Shown: positions 16,481 through 27,059, counted from the stretch's first letter. The stretch is 64,000 bases of DNA from Nitrospirota bacterium (GCA_035490495.1 DATHDE010000201.1:1088-65087); one strand, 5' to 3'. Notes: generated by a model not told the origin, from the letters alone. Made by a program: numbers and translations.

Positions 16481-18322
16481 ATGCAAAAAAAGCTCATCAT
16501 CGCCCTTATTCTCTATGTCGTGGTCATTTCCATCGGTCTCGGCATCGTGAGCACGATTGCGGTACAGGATGTCATCGAACGGTCCCTTCAAAAGAGCCTT
16601 ACGTCAGCGAACACGATCGCAAACCAGCTCGATTTTCTCCTGCAGACGAACATCAGCAGGCTCTACGACATATCCCTCTCCGGCAAAGTTGACTTTCGGG
16701 AACGCAACTGGGCGCCCGCGCGCCGTTTGATCGAATCCATTTACCAGTATTCAATTTTCACCGAAGGCGTCTTCCTGCTCGACAAGCACGGCAATACACT
16801 CATGTCGTACCCCGCGCGCGATTACAACCGTGAGAACCTGCTGTTTATCCCCTGGGTGAGCCGGGTCCTTTCCGAAGGAAGGCCGATCATTTCGAATGTC
16901 TACACGATCGAACCTATCAAAAAGCCCCTCATCTTCGTGCTTGTCCCTCTTCGCAATACGTCAGGCGATATCGTCGGCGCAGCCGGCGGCGCCATCAACC
17001 CCACGAACTCTGTCATGAGTCGCATTCTCCGCGGGGTGAAGGCGGACACAGGCAACTATTATCTCGAGATCATCGACTCCAACGAAGTAGTGGTCGCCTC
17101 GGACAAGAACAGCCGCATCCTGACGCACCATGACCACGACGGCTCTCTGGGTAAAATGATCAAGGACGGTGCGTCGGGCATCAGGAACTGCGGCCACGGA
17201 TTTTCCCACGATACGCCCGACAACAAAACGCAGGACATGCTGGCCATCGTGCCTCTCCAATCGGTGTCCTGGGCCGTGGTGTTCGGCCAGGCAAAGGATG
17301 AAATCTATCTTCCCGCCCAGCACTTGAAGTATCACTTTTTGCTCATTGCCCTTATATTCATCGGAACAGCGCTCATCTTCTCACTCGGCATCAGCCGCAA
17401 CATCGTAAGCCCCATCCGGTCTCTCATCTCCGCCGCGTACCGCATCGGCCAGGGCAATCTCAACGAACCTGTGGGGAATGTGGGCAGCGATGAAATAGCG
17501 GCTCTGGGCCGCAGTGTCGATGCCATGCGCGAACGGCTCGCCAAATCCCTCGAAAGCATCCAGCGTTACAATGCCGAACTTGAGGAGCGCGTGCTGCATC
17601 GGACCCGTGAACTCGAGGAGAAACAGCAGGCGAACGCATCGCTGCTGAAAAAACTGATCACCTCGCAGGAAGACGAGCGCAAAAGAATCGCCCGGGAGCT
17701 CCATGATGAGTCCCTCCAGACGCTTTCCGCAATCCTGATGAATATCGAGATGTGCAGGCTGCATCCTGATCTGATCAATGTCGATCGGGTTACGATCATC
17801 CGGGACACGGTCAGCCGGGTCATCAACGAGATGCAGAAAGTCGTGCAGAATCTGCGGCCGACGGTCCTCGACGACCTCGGATTCGAAGCTGCGGTTGTCT
17901 GGCTTGTGGACAATAACCTCCGCAACAAGGGCATTCACTGCCATTTGAACATCTTCGAACTGGCGGAGGAGCAGCTCGGCCCGGAGTTGCAGATTACGCT
18001 GTTTCGAGTGATCCAGGAAATGACGACGAATATCGCGCGCCATGCTGGCGCCAGGAATGCTTCCCTCTACATGAAAACCGATAACCAGACGTTCACACTT
18101 CTTATCGAGGATGACGGGTCGGGTTTCGATACCAAGACGGTGTTCGGCAGCCTGCAAAGCGGGCGAGGTCTGGGTCTCCTCGGCATGAGGGAGCGCGTGG
18201 CTCAGGTAAACGGAAGCCTGGATATCTGCTCCGCACCGGGTGAAGGTACCATTGTGCGCTGCACTGTCCCGATTTCACAGGAGAATGCATATGGGGATAA
18301 AAACACGGATCGTAATAGCTGA
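16481..18322 (+). CDS. Sensor histidine kinase (Cache-like, HAMP, HisKA_3, HATPase_c), paralog 2
   Basis: 613 aa. H-box RIARELHDESLQ, G-box GRGLGLLGMRERV. The position equivalent to CHRCH in paralog 1 reads CGHGFSH. Confidence 0.85.
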   Translation: MQKKLIIALILYVVVISIGLGIVSTIAVQDVIERSLQKSLTSANTIANQLDFLLQTNISRLYDISLSGKVDFRERNWAPARRLIESIYQYSIFTEGVFLLDKHGNTLMSYPARDYNRENLLFIPWVSRVLSEGRPIISNVYTIEPIKKPLIFVLVPLRNTSGDIVGAAGGAINPTNSVMSRILRGVKADTGNYYLEIIDSNEVVVASDKNSRILTHHDHDGSLGKMIKDGASGIRNCGHGFSHDTPDNKTQDMLAIVPLQSVSWAVVFGQAKDEIYLPAQHLKYHFLLIALIFIGTALIFSLGISRNIVSPIRSLISAAYRIGQGNLNEPVGNVGSDEIAALGRSVDAMRERLAKSLESIQRYNAELEERVLHRTRELEEKQQANASLLKKLITSQEDERKRIARELHDESLQTLSAILMNIEMCRLHPDLINVDRVTIIRDTVSRVINEMQKVVQNLRPTVLDDLGFEAAVVWLVDNNLRNKGIHCHLNIFELAEEQLGPELQITLFRVIQEMTTNIARHAGARNASLYMKTDNQTFTLLIEDDGSGFDTKTVFGSLQSGRGLGLLGMRERVAQVNGSLDICSAPGEGTIVRCTVPISQENAYGDKNTDRNS

Positions 18323-18953
18323 CGACCATGCGCTTGTACGCCAGGGCATTGTTGCTTTTCTGAAGATGACCGATACGTATGAAGTCGTTGCCGAGGCTTC
18401 GGACGGGGTGGAAGCCATCGAAGCGGTCAATAAATGGAAGCCCGACATCGTCATCATGGACATTTCCATGCCGAAGCTGGGGGGTCTGGAAGCGACCGTG
18501 GAAATTAAGAAAAACTTTCCGTCGGTGAAGATCCTCGTACTGACGCAGTACGAGGATATGATGTACATCCGCCGTTTTTTCAAGGCGGGAGCCTCGGGGT
18601 ATCTCGTCAAGAAGGCGGTTGGCGTGGATTTGCTCACGGCCCTGGAGGCCATCATGTCAGGTAAAATGTATGTCCACCCATCCATTGCAACATGCGTCGT
18701 CGACGGATATCTCGGTATCAACAAGGGCGAACCCGCCGAGGATCCCTATGACACGCTGACGGATCGTGAAAAGCAGGTGTTGAAACTCATCGCGGAGGGA
18801 TATACACAGAAGGAAACTGCAGACATCCTGGCAATCAGCACAAAAACAGTCATCACTCATCAGACGAATCTGAGCGAAAAGCTGAACATCCGCACACGCG
18901 CAGGCCTGATCAAGTTCGCGATACAGAAAGGAATCATCAAGATCGATTCGTAA
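18291..18953 (+). CDS. NarL/LuxR-family response regulator, paralog 2
   Basis: Start taken at MGIKTRIVIADDH, 7 nt after AGGAG, giving a 32-nt overlap with the kinase. REC plus LuxR HTH (LTDREKQVLKLIAEGYTQKETADILAISTKTVITH). Confidence 0.9.
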   Translation: MGIKTRIVIADDHALVRQGIVAFLKMTDTYEVVAEASDGVEAIEAVNKWKPDIVIMDISMPKLGGLEATVEIKKNFPSVKILVLTQYEDMMYIRRFFKAGASGYLVKKAVGVDLLTALEAIMSGKMYVHPSIATCVVDGYLGINKGEPAEDPYDTLTDREKQVLKLIAEGYTQKETADILAISTKTVITHQTNLSEKLNIRTRAGLIKFAIQKGIIKIDS

Positions 18954-19044
18954 TTACGGCGGGAGCGCCGCGTTATCGGAAGGAGTGACAAATACGGAGG
19001 AAGCACCGCAACCGCACTGCTGCGCCTCCCCCAGCCTGATCGTT

Positions 19045-19329
19045 TCAGATTTTACCGTCCACCATTTCCCGCATTTCCTTGCCTGCCTTGAAAAAGGGAA
19101 CTTTCTTGGGAGGAACCTGGACGGTCTCACCGGTTTTGGGATTTCTTCCTTCTTTTGCCCGGCGGAAGCGGACGCGGAAGCTTCCGAATCCACGGATTTC
19201 AACCTTGTCCTCCCGGGACAAGGCGTCTTTAATGCCGTCCAGCACAGTGTTTACAACGGTCTCCACTTGTTTTCTGGTCAATCCCGGCTTCTTTTCCGCA
19301 ATCTTATCCACCAGCTCCGCCTTTGTCAT
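19045..19329 (-). CDS. ihfB: Integration host factor beta subunit / HU-family DNA-binding protein
   Basis: 94 aa. Contains IRGFGSFRVRFRRAKEGRNPKTGETVQVPPKKVPFFKAGKEM. Position downstream of rpsA matches the E. coli cmk-rpsA-ihfB order. Confidence 0.8.
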   Translation of the reverse strand: MTKAELVDKIAEKKPGLTRKQVETVVNTVLDGIKDALSREDKVEIRGFGSFRVRFRRAKEGRNPKTGETVQVPPKKVPFFKAGKEMREMVDGKI

Positions 19330-19441
19330 GCACTTTCCTCCTCGATGAATAACAAAGTACCGATCACTACAGGCAACAGCCAGGGTCCGCAGTTTTCCCC
19401 TTGGGATGCACCCCGCCGGCTGCTACGGCATTTTTTATCAC

Positions 19442-20341
19442 TCAACGGTACTGCAGAGAGATCGATTCCCTGTTCATCCCCCTGACGAGCACCTCGCTGA
19501 TCCATGCAGCGGATTCTTCCTTCAGATATTCCAGAAACGGCAGTTTCTTCTTTTTTTCCACGATACGGGGTTTGCCCTTGATGCCGGCCAGCCGTCCGGC
19601 CAGCTGCACACTGTCGTCGAGATCACCCAGTTGATCGACGAGCCTGTAGGAAAGTGCCTGCCGGCCCGTGAATATGCGTCCATCCGCAAGCGCTGCTACA
19701 TCACCCCGCGGGATACCTCGTCCTTCCGCCACGGCGTCGATGAACTGCCCGTGCACGTCGTCGATGACGTCTTGAAGCAGTTTTCGTTCGGCATCCGTCA
19801 TTTCGCGGAACGGCGATCCGATGTCTTTGTACGCACCGGCTTTCACGACCATGCCTTTGATGCCGATCTTCTCCAGAAGCTTCTCGATGCTCGCAAACTC
19901 CATCTTTACGCCGATGCTGCCGGTGAGCGTTCCGGGATTTGCTACGATTTTATCTGCAGCCGCCGCGATGTAATATCCGCCGGATGCAGCCACGGAGCCC
20001 ATGGAAACGACAACTTTTTTCCCTTCCCGCTTCGCGTTCCTGACTGCATTGAAAATTTCCTGGGAAGGCACAACGCCGCCGCCCGGGCTGTCGATTCTGA
20101 GGACAATCGCCTTGATGGAGCCGTCCTCAGCATAGTCGTTCACCTCCGTCACCACCGCATCAGAGGAGGCAAGCATTCCCTCGATTTTCACGAGTGCTAC
20201 ATTACCGCCGCCAACCACGGACAGGGACGCGGCCGGCCTTTTCGTTCCGGCGAGAAATGATGCAACCGACAGCGTAATAAAGAAAAGAACGCCCAGCGCC
20301 GCGGCCGTAATGATAACGGCCAGGAGAGGGTTTCGTTTCAT
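19442..20341 (-). CDS. sppA: Signal peptide peptidase SppA (36K type)
   Basis: 299 aa with an N-terminal TM helix; contains SPGGGV and the MGSVAASGGYYIA serine-protease motif. Confidence 0.8.
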   Translation of the reverse strand: MKRNPLLAVIITAAALGVLFFITLSVASFLAGTKRPAASLSVVGGGNVALVKIEGMLASSDAVVTEVNDYAEDGSIKAIVLRIDSPGGGVVPSQEIFNAVRNAKREGKKVVVSMGSVAASGGYYIAAAADKIVANPGTLTGSIGVKMEFASIEKLLEKIGIKGMVVKAGAYKDIGSPFREMTDAERKLLQDVIDDVHGQFIDAVAEGRGIPRGDVAALADGRIFTGRQALSYRLVDQLGDLDDSVQLAGRLAGIKGKPRIVEKKKKLPFLEYLKEESAAWISEVLVRGMNRESISLQYR

Positions 20342-20347
20342 GCTGCT

Positions 20348-22042
20348 TCAGCTCCGTTCCTTGAGCAGTGCGCCGATGGTCGTATCCGGTTTCTGCTGCT
20401 GGTTCATATAATCACGGAGCGAAGAACGGTCCTGGCCCTTGATGTAGGCTTTGATTGAAAGCGCAATTTTTCGATCGCCTTTGTCGACTTTAATGACGCG
20501 CGCCGTGATTTCATCGCCTTCCTTGTTGTCGGCGGAATCCTTCGGTATCTCCGACGTCGGAATGAGGCCTTCGATGCCCAGCTCCAGTTCCACGAACAAA
20601 CCGAAATCGGCCTTTTTCGAAACTTTGACTTTCTCATCCTGTCCGACTTTATACCGGTCGGGGATGGCCTTCTCCCACGGATCGGGCTCCAGCTGCTTGA
20701 GCCCCAGGGAAATGCGCTCTTTGGCGGGATCGATCGCAAGGACGACGGCTTTTGTCTGCTGGCCTTTTTTCAGCATTTCCGACGGGTGCCTGATGTGCTT
20801 GGTCCATGACAGATCGGAAACGTGAATCAGGCCGTCAATACCCTCTTCAATGCCCAGGAACGCCCCGAAGTCAGTTATCGTTTTCACTTTGCCTTCAACA
20901 TGCGATCCCACGGGATACCGCTCGCCGATGGTGGACCAGGGATTGGGCGTAAGCTGCTTCAAGCCGAGGGAGATGCGTTTCGACGCCGGATCCACGGACA
21001 GGACGCTCGCTTCGATCGTGTCGCCAACGGCGAGGACTTTCGAAGGGTGTTTGATTTTGGCGGTCCAGGACATTTCCGATACATGGACAAGCCCTTCCAC
21101 GCCCTGCTCCAGTTCCACGAAGGCGCCGTATTCCGCAAGGCTCACCACCTTGCCCTTCACGCGGCTGTGTACGGGATACTTTTCCCCGACCGACAGCCAG
21201 GGGTCCGCCGTCTTCTGCTTCATGCCGAGAGACACTTTCTGCTTTTCCCGGTCATATTTCAACACTACGACATCAAGCCGTTCCCCGACCTTGACCGCTT
21301 CCGAAGGGTGGTTGATCCTGCCCCAGGAGATATCGGTAATGTGCATCAATCCGTCTATACCGCCGAGATCGATGAATGCGCCGTAGTCCGTGATATTTTT
21401 TACCGTGCCGCTGACGATCTGCCCTTCGACGAGAGATGAAAGCGTTGCCTCTTTCTTTTCGTTCTGCTGCTGTTCGAGAATGACCCTTCGCGAGAGGACA
21501 ATATTTCCCCGCCCGGAGTTCATCTTGATGATTTTCAGATCCAGCGTCCGGCCGACATACTGACCGAGTGCATGAACCGGTTTGATATCGATCTGGGATC
21601 CCGGAAGAAAAGCCGTCACGCCGCCGATATCCACGGACAGTCCGCCCTTGATCGCCGCCGTGACCTTCCCTTTGATGACCGCACCCGTATCGTAGGCCTT
21701 GTTCAGGTCATCCCAGACCTGAAGCTTCTTGGCCTTGTCGCGCGACAGCATGATATTGCCGTTTGAGTCCTCAGCCTGTTCGAGAAGGACTTCCAGCTCA
21801 TCACCAGGCTTGATTGTTTTGAGCTCTTCGATGGTGAACTGGTCCACGGGGATGATCCCGTCCGATTTGTACCCGACGTCGAGCATGACAAAATCGTTGC
21901 GAATCTGCAGCACCCGTCCCCGCACAACGGTCCCTGACTTGAATTGCTTCAGGGACTGGTTGTACAGCTGTTCGAACTCTGTCTCCTGCCCTGCTGCAGC
22001 GTTGTTTTCTTCATGCTCAAAGTCATCCCGATGATCACCCAT
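20348..22042 (-). CDS. rpsA: 30S ribosomal protein S1
   Basis: 564 aa with repeated S1 domains (GxVxGxVxxItxfGAFvdl pattern, about 6 copies). Confidence 0.95.
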   Translation of the reverse strand: MGDHRDDFEHEENNAAAGQETEFEQLYNQSLKQFKSGTVVRGRVLQIRNDFVMLDVGYKSDGIIPVDQFTIEELKTIKPGDELEVLLEQAEDSNGNIMLSRDKAKKLQVWDDLNKAYDTGAVIKGKVTAAIKGGLSVDIGGVTAFLPGSQIDIKPVHALGQYVGRTLDLKIIKMNSGRGNIVLSRRVILEQQQNEKKEATLSSLVEGQIVSGTVKNITDYGAFIDLGGIDGLMHITDISWGRINHPSEAVKVGERLDVVVLKYDREKQKVSLGMKQKTADPWLSVGEKYPVHSRVKGKVVSLAEYGAFVELEQGVEGLVHVSEMSWTAKIKHPSKVLAVGDTIEASVLSVDPASKRISLGLKQLTPNPWSTIGERYPVGSHVEGKVKTITDFGAFLGIEEGIDGLIHVSDLSWTKHIRHPSEMLKKGQQTKAVVLAIDPAKERISLGLKQLEPDPWEKAIPDRYKVGQDEKVKVSKKADFGLFVELELGIEGLIPTSEIPKDSADNKEGDEITARVIKVDKGDRKIALSIKAYIKGQDRSSLRDYMNQQQKPDTTIGALLKERS

Positions 22043-22076
22043 GAAACTTCACAGCCTCCCGTTTCTGCGCTCCCGC

Positions 22077-22961
22077 TCAGGCTCCGTCGCTCTGACCGGA
22101 TCCGTCTGTTGTCCGACGATTCGATGCCTTGTCGAGTTGTTGTAATTTTTCGATAACGCCTTCCACGACCCAGTCAGGCGTGGACGCTCCTGCAGTCACA
22201 CCGACGGATTCAACCGAAGCGAGCCATTCGGGCCGTATTTCACCAGCCACCTCGATGTGATATGCCGGCTTTCCGGTTTCCCGGCAAAGGGTAGCGAGCC
22301 TCGTCGTGTTGGCGCTGTTTCGGCCCCCGACGACGATCATCACATCGACCTGTTCCGCCAGAACGCGGGCTGCGTCCTGTCGCTCCTTCGTCGAGCTGCA
22401 GATCGTATTGAATACTTTCAGTTCCTTGGAAATGCGCAATAATGTTAGCACAATTTCGGAAAAATTTCCATATGATTGCGTCGTTTGAGCCACGATGCCG
22501 ATCCGGGACTTCAGCGTCAGGATTTCCACATCCTGGGGTGTCTCAACAACAACGGCATGGTCTCCGGCGTATCCCAGAATACTCTGGACTTCAGGGTGTT
22601 TCTTTTCGCCGACCACGACGACCTGGTACCCCTCATCATGCAGTGTTTTCGCGTCCCGCTGAGCCTTGCCCACAAAGGGACAGGTAAGATCGATGATCTT
22701 GAGGCCTTTATCGCGGGCCTGTGCCAGTACCTGCGGCGGGACACCATGGGAGCGTATGATGAGAGAGTCGCCCGGTTTGAGTGATGCGAAGTCCTCAACC
22801 GTTTCAACCCCCTCGCTTCTGAGGCGCTCCACCTCCTGAGGGTTGTGAATGAGGGGGCCGAGGCAGTAGACCCGTCCCTTGCCGACCGCCTGAAAGGCCG
22901 TATTGATTGCGCGTTTGACGCCGAAACAGAATCCTGCCCTGTCAGCCAGATGGATCTTCAT
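22077..22961 (-). CDS. ispH: 4-hydroxy-3-methylbut-2-enyl diphosphate reductase
   Basis: 294 aa. Contains RAGFCFGVKRAI, GPLIHNPQEV and TCPFV, typical of LytB/IspH. Confidence 0.9.
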   Translation of the reverse strand: MKIHLADRAGFCFGVKRAINTAFQAVGKGRVYCLGPLIHNPQEVERLRSEGVETVEDFASLKPGDSLIIRSHGVPPQVLAQARDKGLKIIDLTCPFVGKAQRDAKTLHDEGYQVVVVGEKKHPEVQSILGYAGDHAVVVETPQDVEILTLKSRIGIVAQTTQSYGNFSEIVLTLLRISKELKVFNTICSSTKERQDAARVLAEQVDVMIVVGGRNSANTTRLATLCRETGKPAYHIEVAGEIRPEWLASVESVGVTAGASTPDWVVEGVIEKLQQLDKASNRRTTDGSGQSDGA

Positions 22962-23665
22962 ACGGCATGTTTACCCGTTTCTTGAATGATAGCAATCATT
23001 TTTTCCAGAACACCGTTGATATCAAGGCCCGAGGAATCGATCGTAACGGCGTCAGGAGCAGGTTTGAGCGGAGCGATCGTTCGGCCGCTGTCCTGCAGGT
23101 CCCGCTCGCGTATTTCGTTTGTGATGCGGGAAAGATCAACATCCATTCCCTTGGCCTTCAATTCAAGATAGCGGCGGCGGCCCCGTTCTTCTGCATTTGC
23201 GGTGAGATAAATTTTCACCTCAGCGTCCGGAAAGACCACCGTGCCGATGTCGCGTCCGTCCATCACCACGCCGCCGTTCCTGCCCAGCTCGCGCTGGAGC
23301 ACAAGCAGCCGGCTGCGCACCGCAGGCGACTTCGAGACAGCAGATGCCATCATGCCCATTTCAGGAGTGCGAATCTCGTTTGTCACATCACGGCCGTCGA
23401 CGCTGAAGCTCGGTACGCCGTTGCGATGGCCGATCTTCACCTCGGTGCGCGCACACAACGCCGTGAGCGCCTCCTCCTGTTCAGGATCGACATGCTCCTC
23501 CCGCGCTTTCCAGCCGAGGGCGCGGTACATGGCACCCGTGTCGATGTACACATATCCGAGTTTTTCAGCGAGCATGCGCGCCGTCGTGCTTTTTCCCGCA
23601 CCCGACGGTCCGTCAATGGCTATAATCAACCCGTTTGTCCTCTGCATACGGTGGCTGCCCTGCAA
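22958..23665 (-). CDS. cmk: Cytidylate kinase
   Basis: P-loop IAIDGPSGAGKST. The true start may be the ATG at 23647. Confidence 0.9.
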   Translation of the reverse strand: MQGSHRMQRTNGLIIAIDGPSGAGKSTTARMLAEKLGYVYIDTGAMYRALGWKAREEHVDPEQEEALTALCARTEVKIGHRNGVPSFSVDGRDVTNEIRTPEMGMMASAVSKSPAVRSRLLVLQRELGRNGGVVMDGRDIGTVVFPDAEVKIYLTANAEERGRRRYLELKAKGMDVDLSRITNEIRERDLQDSGRTIAPLKPAPDAVTIDSSGLDINGVLEKMIAIIQETGKHAV

Positions 23666-23718
23666 TCGATCAGTAAGGTGTGCGGGCCCGACTCCTGATT
23701 CCGTTCATTCTCCGCTGC

Positions 23719-25026
23719 TCAGTGCGGACCCGCCGCCTGCCGCAGCAGTTGTTCAAATCCGGGGAACGATGTCTCGATCCACTGCGCATCACGAATGACG
23801 GTCTCCCCTGCCGCCGCGAGGCCGGCCACGGCCAGCGACATGGCGATGCGGTGATCTCCATGGCTTTCACAGACTGCTGCGTGAAGCGATTCCCTTCCCT
23901 GGATTTCCATACCGTCAGGGTGCTCGTTGATCAGGACGCCCATCTTGCGGAGCTCCGCTGCCATGGCTGCTATCCGGTCCGATTCCTTGACCCGGAGTTC
24001 GGCCGCATCCCTGATCACTGTCGTTCCCTCTGCACAGGATGCGGCAACAGCCAGGACGGGAATTTCATCGATTGCGCGCGGGATCAGGCTTCCCCCGATC
24101 TCCGCTGCATGGAGCTTGCGATAACGCACCCGGATATCCGCAACCGGCTCGCCTGCCTGATCCCGGAGCCCTTCGAAGGCGATATCTGCTCCCATTTGCC
24201 TCAGGATGTCAATGACGCCGGTGCGCGTAGGGTTCACGCCCACGTTCCGGATCGTCAAATCCGACGCGGGCACAATGCATGCCGCGGCAAGGAAGAAGGC
24301 CGCAGAGGACATGTCTGCGGGGATGTTGACAGCAGACGACGCTCGGAGCGGCTGGCGGCCCCGCAGGGCCACGCGATTGCCCTCCTCCTCGACCTTCACC
24401 CCGAAAAACCGGAACAGACGCTCTGTATGGTCCCGTGATTTGGAAGGTTCCGAAACGATTGTTGTTCCGTCCGCATACAGGCCGGCAAGAAGAACAGCGG
24501 ATTTCACCTGCGCGCTTGCAACGGGGCTGGTGAAGTCCATCGCCCGCGTCTTTTTCCCCGCGCCGCGAATTGCCAGCGGCGCCAGTTTGCCTCCGCCGCG
24601 CCCATCAATCTGTGCACCCATGCGGCGCAGGGGATCGACAATCCGCGCCATGGGCCTTTTTCGCAGGTACTGGTCACCCGTGAGGATGGAGAAAAAGTCC
24701 TGCCCTGCAAGAAGGCCGGCAAGCAGACGCAGGCCTGTGCCTGAATTGCCCAGGTCAAGGAGGCCGTCCGGCTCGGTGAGCCCGTCCAACCCCCTGCCGT
24801 GCACTACCATACGGTCTGATCCCAGGCCCTCGATGCCGATGCCGAGGGATTGCATGGCTCGCGCCGTATTGAGCGTGTCCTCGCCGGGAAGAAACCCGTT
24901 GATGACCGTGTAGCCCTCGGCAATGGATGCGAACATGACGGAGCGGTGAGAGATCGATTTGTCGCCGGGCAGGTAAAGCTCGCCCCTGAGCCCCGGCGAC
25001 GGAACGACCCTGAGTTCCGCCATCAT
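23719..25026 (-). CDS. aroA: 3-phosphoshikimate 1-carboxyvinyltransferase (EPSP synthase)
   Basis: 435 aa. Contains LPGDKSISHR and LGNSGTGLRLL. Confidence 0.95.
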   Translation of the reverse strand: MMAELRVVPSPGLRGELYLPGDKSISHRSVMFASIAEGYTVINGFLPGEDTLNTARAMQSLGIGIEGLGSDRMVVHGRGLDGLTEPDGLLDLGNSGTGLRLLAGLLAGQDFFSILTGDQYLRKRPMARIVDPLRRMGAQIDGRGGGKLAPLAIRGAGKKTRAMDFTSPVASAQVKSAVLLAGLYADGTTIVSEPSKSRDHTERLFRFFGVKVEEEGNRVALRGRQPLRASSAVNIPADMSSAAFFLAAACIVPASDLTIRNVGVNPTRTGVIDILRQMGADIAFEGLRDQAGEPVADIRVRYRKLHAAEIGGSLIPRAIDEIPVLAVAASCAEGTTVIRDAAELRVKESDRIAAMAAELRKMGVLINEHPDGMEIQGRESLHAAVCESHGDHRIAMSLAVAGLAAAGETVIRDAQWIETSFPGFEQLLRQAAGPH

Positions 25027-25883
25027 TCAAGCCCCCTGCGCACGTCACTCGCCTCTTTCAGGTGCTTCTCCAGCCGTTTTCCATCTCCTGATTCGATGTC
25101 CTGCTTCAGCCGGTTCAGTGATCGCAGGTACCGGTCTATCATTTCCACGAGGTGCGGTCTGTTCATGAGGCAGATGTCCCTCCACATCTCGGGAGAACTC
25201 GCAGCAATGCGCGTGAAGTCCCTGAATCCCGCGCCGGAGAACTGCAGATACCCTTCCGTGCCCGTGTTCAGTTCGGCTACCGCCGTCATCATGCCGAATG
25301 CCGCCACGTGCGGCAGATGGCTCACCGCGGCGAATACCCGGTCGTGCAGGTCGGCGTCCATGGTCGAGACGATGGCGCCCGCTGCGTCCCAGAGTTCGCG
25401 CATGCTTTCCAGCGCGCTCCGGTCCGTGCGCGCCGTGGGTGTCAGAATGCAGCGCTTGTTCTGAAACAGGGTTTCCGACGCTTCCGCCACTCCCGACTTC
25501 TCCCTGCCGGCAATGGGATGTCCGGGGACGAAATGGACGCCCGCCGGGATATTGTTTTCAACGATGCCGATGAGCGCGCCCTTGACGCTTCCCACGTCCG
25601 TAACGATTGCTCCCGCCTTCAGTGCGGGGCCGATCTCACGGACAATGTACTCGAACGCGGCCACGGGCGAGGCAAGCACGACAAGATCTGCCTGTTCTGA
25701 TGCGTGCCGCATCCCCTGGCCCATTTCGTCGATTACGCCGAGTCTGAGCGCCTGTTCGAGCGTCTCCCTGCTTCTGCCCGCGCCGACAATGCGTCCGGCA
25801 AGGCCCTTCGCCCTCATGACCTTGGCGATCGATCCTCCGATCAGACCGACACCTATGATGGTAACGTTTTTAAAATAAATCAT
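25023..25883 (-). CDS. tyrA: Prephenate dehydrogenase
   Basis: 286 aa. Rossmann motif IIGVGLIGGSIA and HPIAGRE. 4-nt overlap with aroA. Confidence 0.85.
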   Translation of the reverse strand: MIYFKNVTIIGVGLIGGSIAKVMRAKGLAGRIVGAGRSRETLEQALRLGVIDEMGQGMRHASEQADLVVLASPVAAFEYIVREIGPALKAGAIVTDVGSVKGALIGIVENNIPAGVHFVPGHPIAGREKSGVAEASETLFQNKRCILTPTARTDRSALESMRELWDAAGAIVSTMDADLHDRVFAAVSHLPHVAAFGMMTAVAELNTGTEGYLQFSGAGFRDFTRIAASSPEMWRDICLMNRPHLVEMIDRYLRSLNRLKQDIESGDGKRLEKHLKEASDVRRGLE

Positions 25884-26045
25884 GCCTGTTTGGAGCGCTC
25901 ACGCGGGTTGACCGCATCAACCTGCTGCGAGCGATACCGGTCAAGAAGCGAGCCACGCATCGGCCGGCCGACGCGAGTCGTGAGATGAACGAAGCCGTCC
26001 GGCAGTATTCTTGTCACGGGGAAATTCCCGGAGTGTACGGAGGCC

Positions 26046-27059
26046 TTACAATTCCCTTCCCACGGCCTCGGCAATGAGACGCATCTCCTTCATCAGCTGC
26101 TTGAATGCAGCAGGCTTGAGCGACTGTTCACCATCGCACAGCGCCTCCTCGGGATTCGCGTGAACTTCGATCAGGAGGCCGTCCGCGCCCGCGGCAATGG
26201 CCGCTTTTGCCATCGGTGCAACAAGATCGCGCTTTCCGACGGCGTGGCTCGGATCAACAATAACGGGGAGGTGCGTGAGCTTCTTCAGGACTGGCACAGC
26301 CGAGAGGTCGAGGGTGTTTCTCGTCTCCGTTTCATACGTACGGATGCCCCGCTCGCACAGGATAACGTGGTGGTTGCCGCCGGACATGATGTATTCGGCT
26401 GACATGAGCCATTCCTTGATCGTTGCCGATATGCCGCGCTTGAGGAGTATGGGCTTCTTGCACAATCCTACTTCCTTCAGGAGGCGGAAGTTCTGCATAT
26501 TCCGCGCACCGATCTGGAGCACATCAGCGTATTTGGCGATAAGTTCGATATCCCGGGGATCCATTACCTCAGTAACGATCGGCAGTCCGGTCCGTTCCCT
26601 GGCTTCGGCAAGATAGGAGAGCCCCTCTCCTTCGAGTCCCTGAAAAGCATAGGGAGAGGTGCGCGGCTTGAAGGCGCCGCCCCGGATGAACTGCGCGCCG
26701 CCGTCTTTCACGCCCTTGGCGATTTCGACCATGAGGGTCCTGTTCTCAACGGCGCAGGGGCCGGCAATAACGGCAATCCTCCTGCCGCCGATTGACGCAC
26801 CCGCCACGGCAATGACCGTATCCTCCTTGCGGAACTCCCGGCTCGCGAGTTTGAACGGCTTCAGGATGGGAAGCACCTTCTCGACACCCGGGATGGCTTC
26901 GAGCGGCACGCTCTGCAGGATTGCTTCATCGCCGATTGCGCCGATGATGGTCCGCTCCGTTCCCTTGGACACATGCGCCTGCAGGCCCAGGTCCTTGATC
27001 TTTTTTATAATGTGGTCGACTTCTTCTTCAGACGCTTCCGGTTTTACGACGATAATCAT
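26046..27059 (-). CDS. 3-deoxy-7-phosphoheptulonate (DAHP) synthase, class I-beta with N-terminal regulatory domain
   Basis: 337 aa. Ferredoxin-like N-terminus ([25 protein letters not shown]) followed by a KDO8P/DAHPS-type barrel (GPCAVE, KPRTSPY, VDPSH). Confidence 0.85.
   Translation of the reverse strand: MIIVVKPEASEEEVDHIIKKIKDLGLQAHVSKGTERTIIGAIGDEAILQSVPLEAIPGVEKVLPILKPFKLASREFRKEDTVIAVAGASIGGRRIAVIAGPCAVENRTLMVEIAKGVKDGGAQFIRGGAFKPRTSPYAFQGLEGEGLSYLAEARERTGLPIVTEVMDPRDIELIAKYADVLQIGARNMQNFRLLKEVGLCKKPILLKRGISATIKEWLMSAEYIMSGGNHHVILCERGIRTYETETRNTLDLSAVPVLKKLTHLPVIVDPSHAVGKRDLVAPMAKAAIAAGADGLLIEVHANPEEALCDGEQSLKPAAFKQLMKEMRLIAEAVGREL

Noticed and set aside
17381-18157. 258-aa minus-strand ORF
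   Set aside because: It is antisense to kinase 2 (H-box and G-box are present on the plus strand).
19406-20260. 284-aa plus-strand ORF
   Set aside because: It is antisense to sppA. No motifs, and the composition is typical of a shadow frame.
23680-24913. Two plus-strand ORFs of 252 and 235 aa
   Set aside because: Both are antisense to aroA, which has canonical EPSP synthase motifs.
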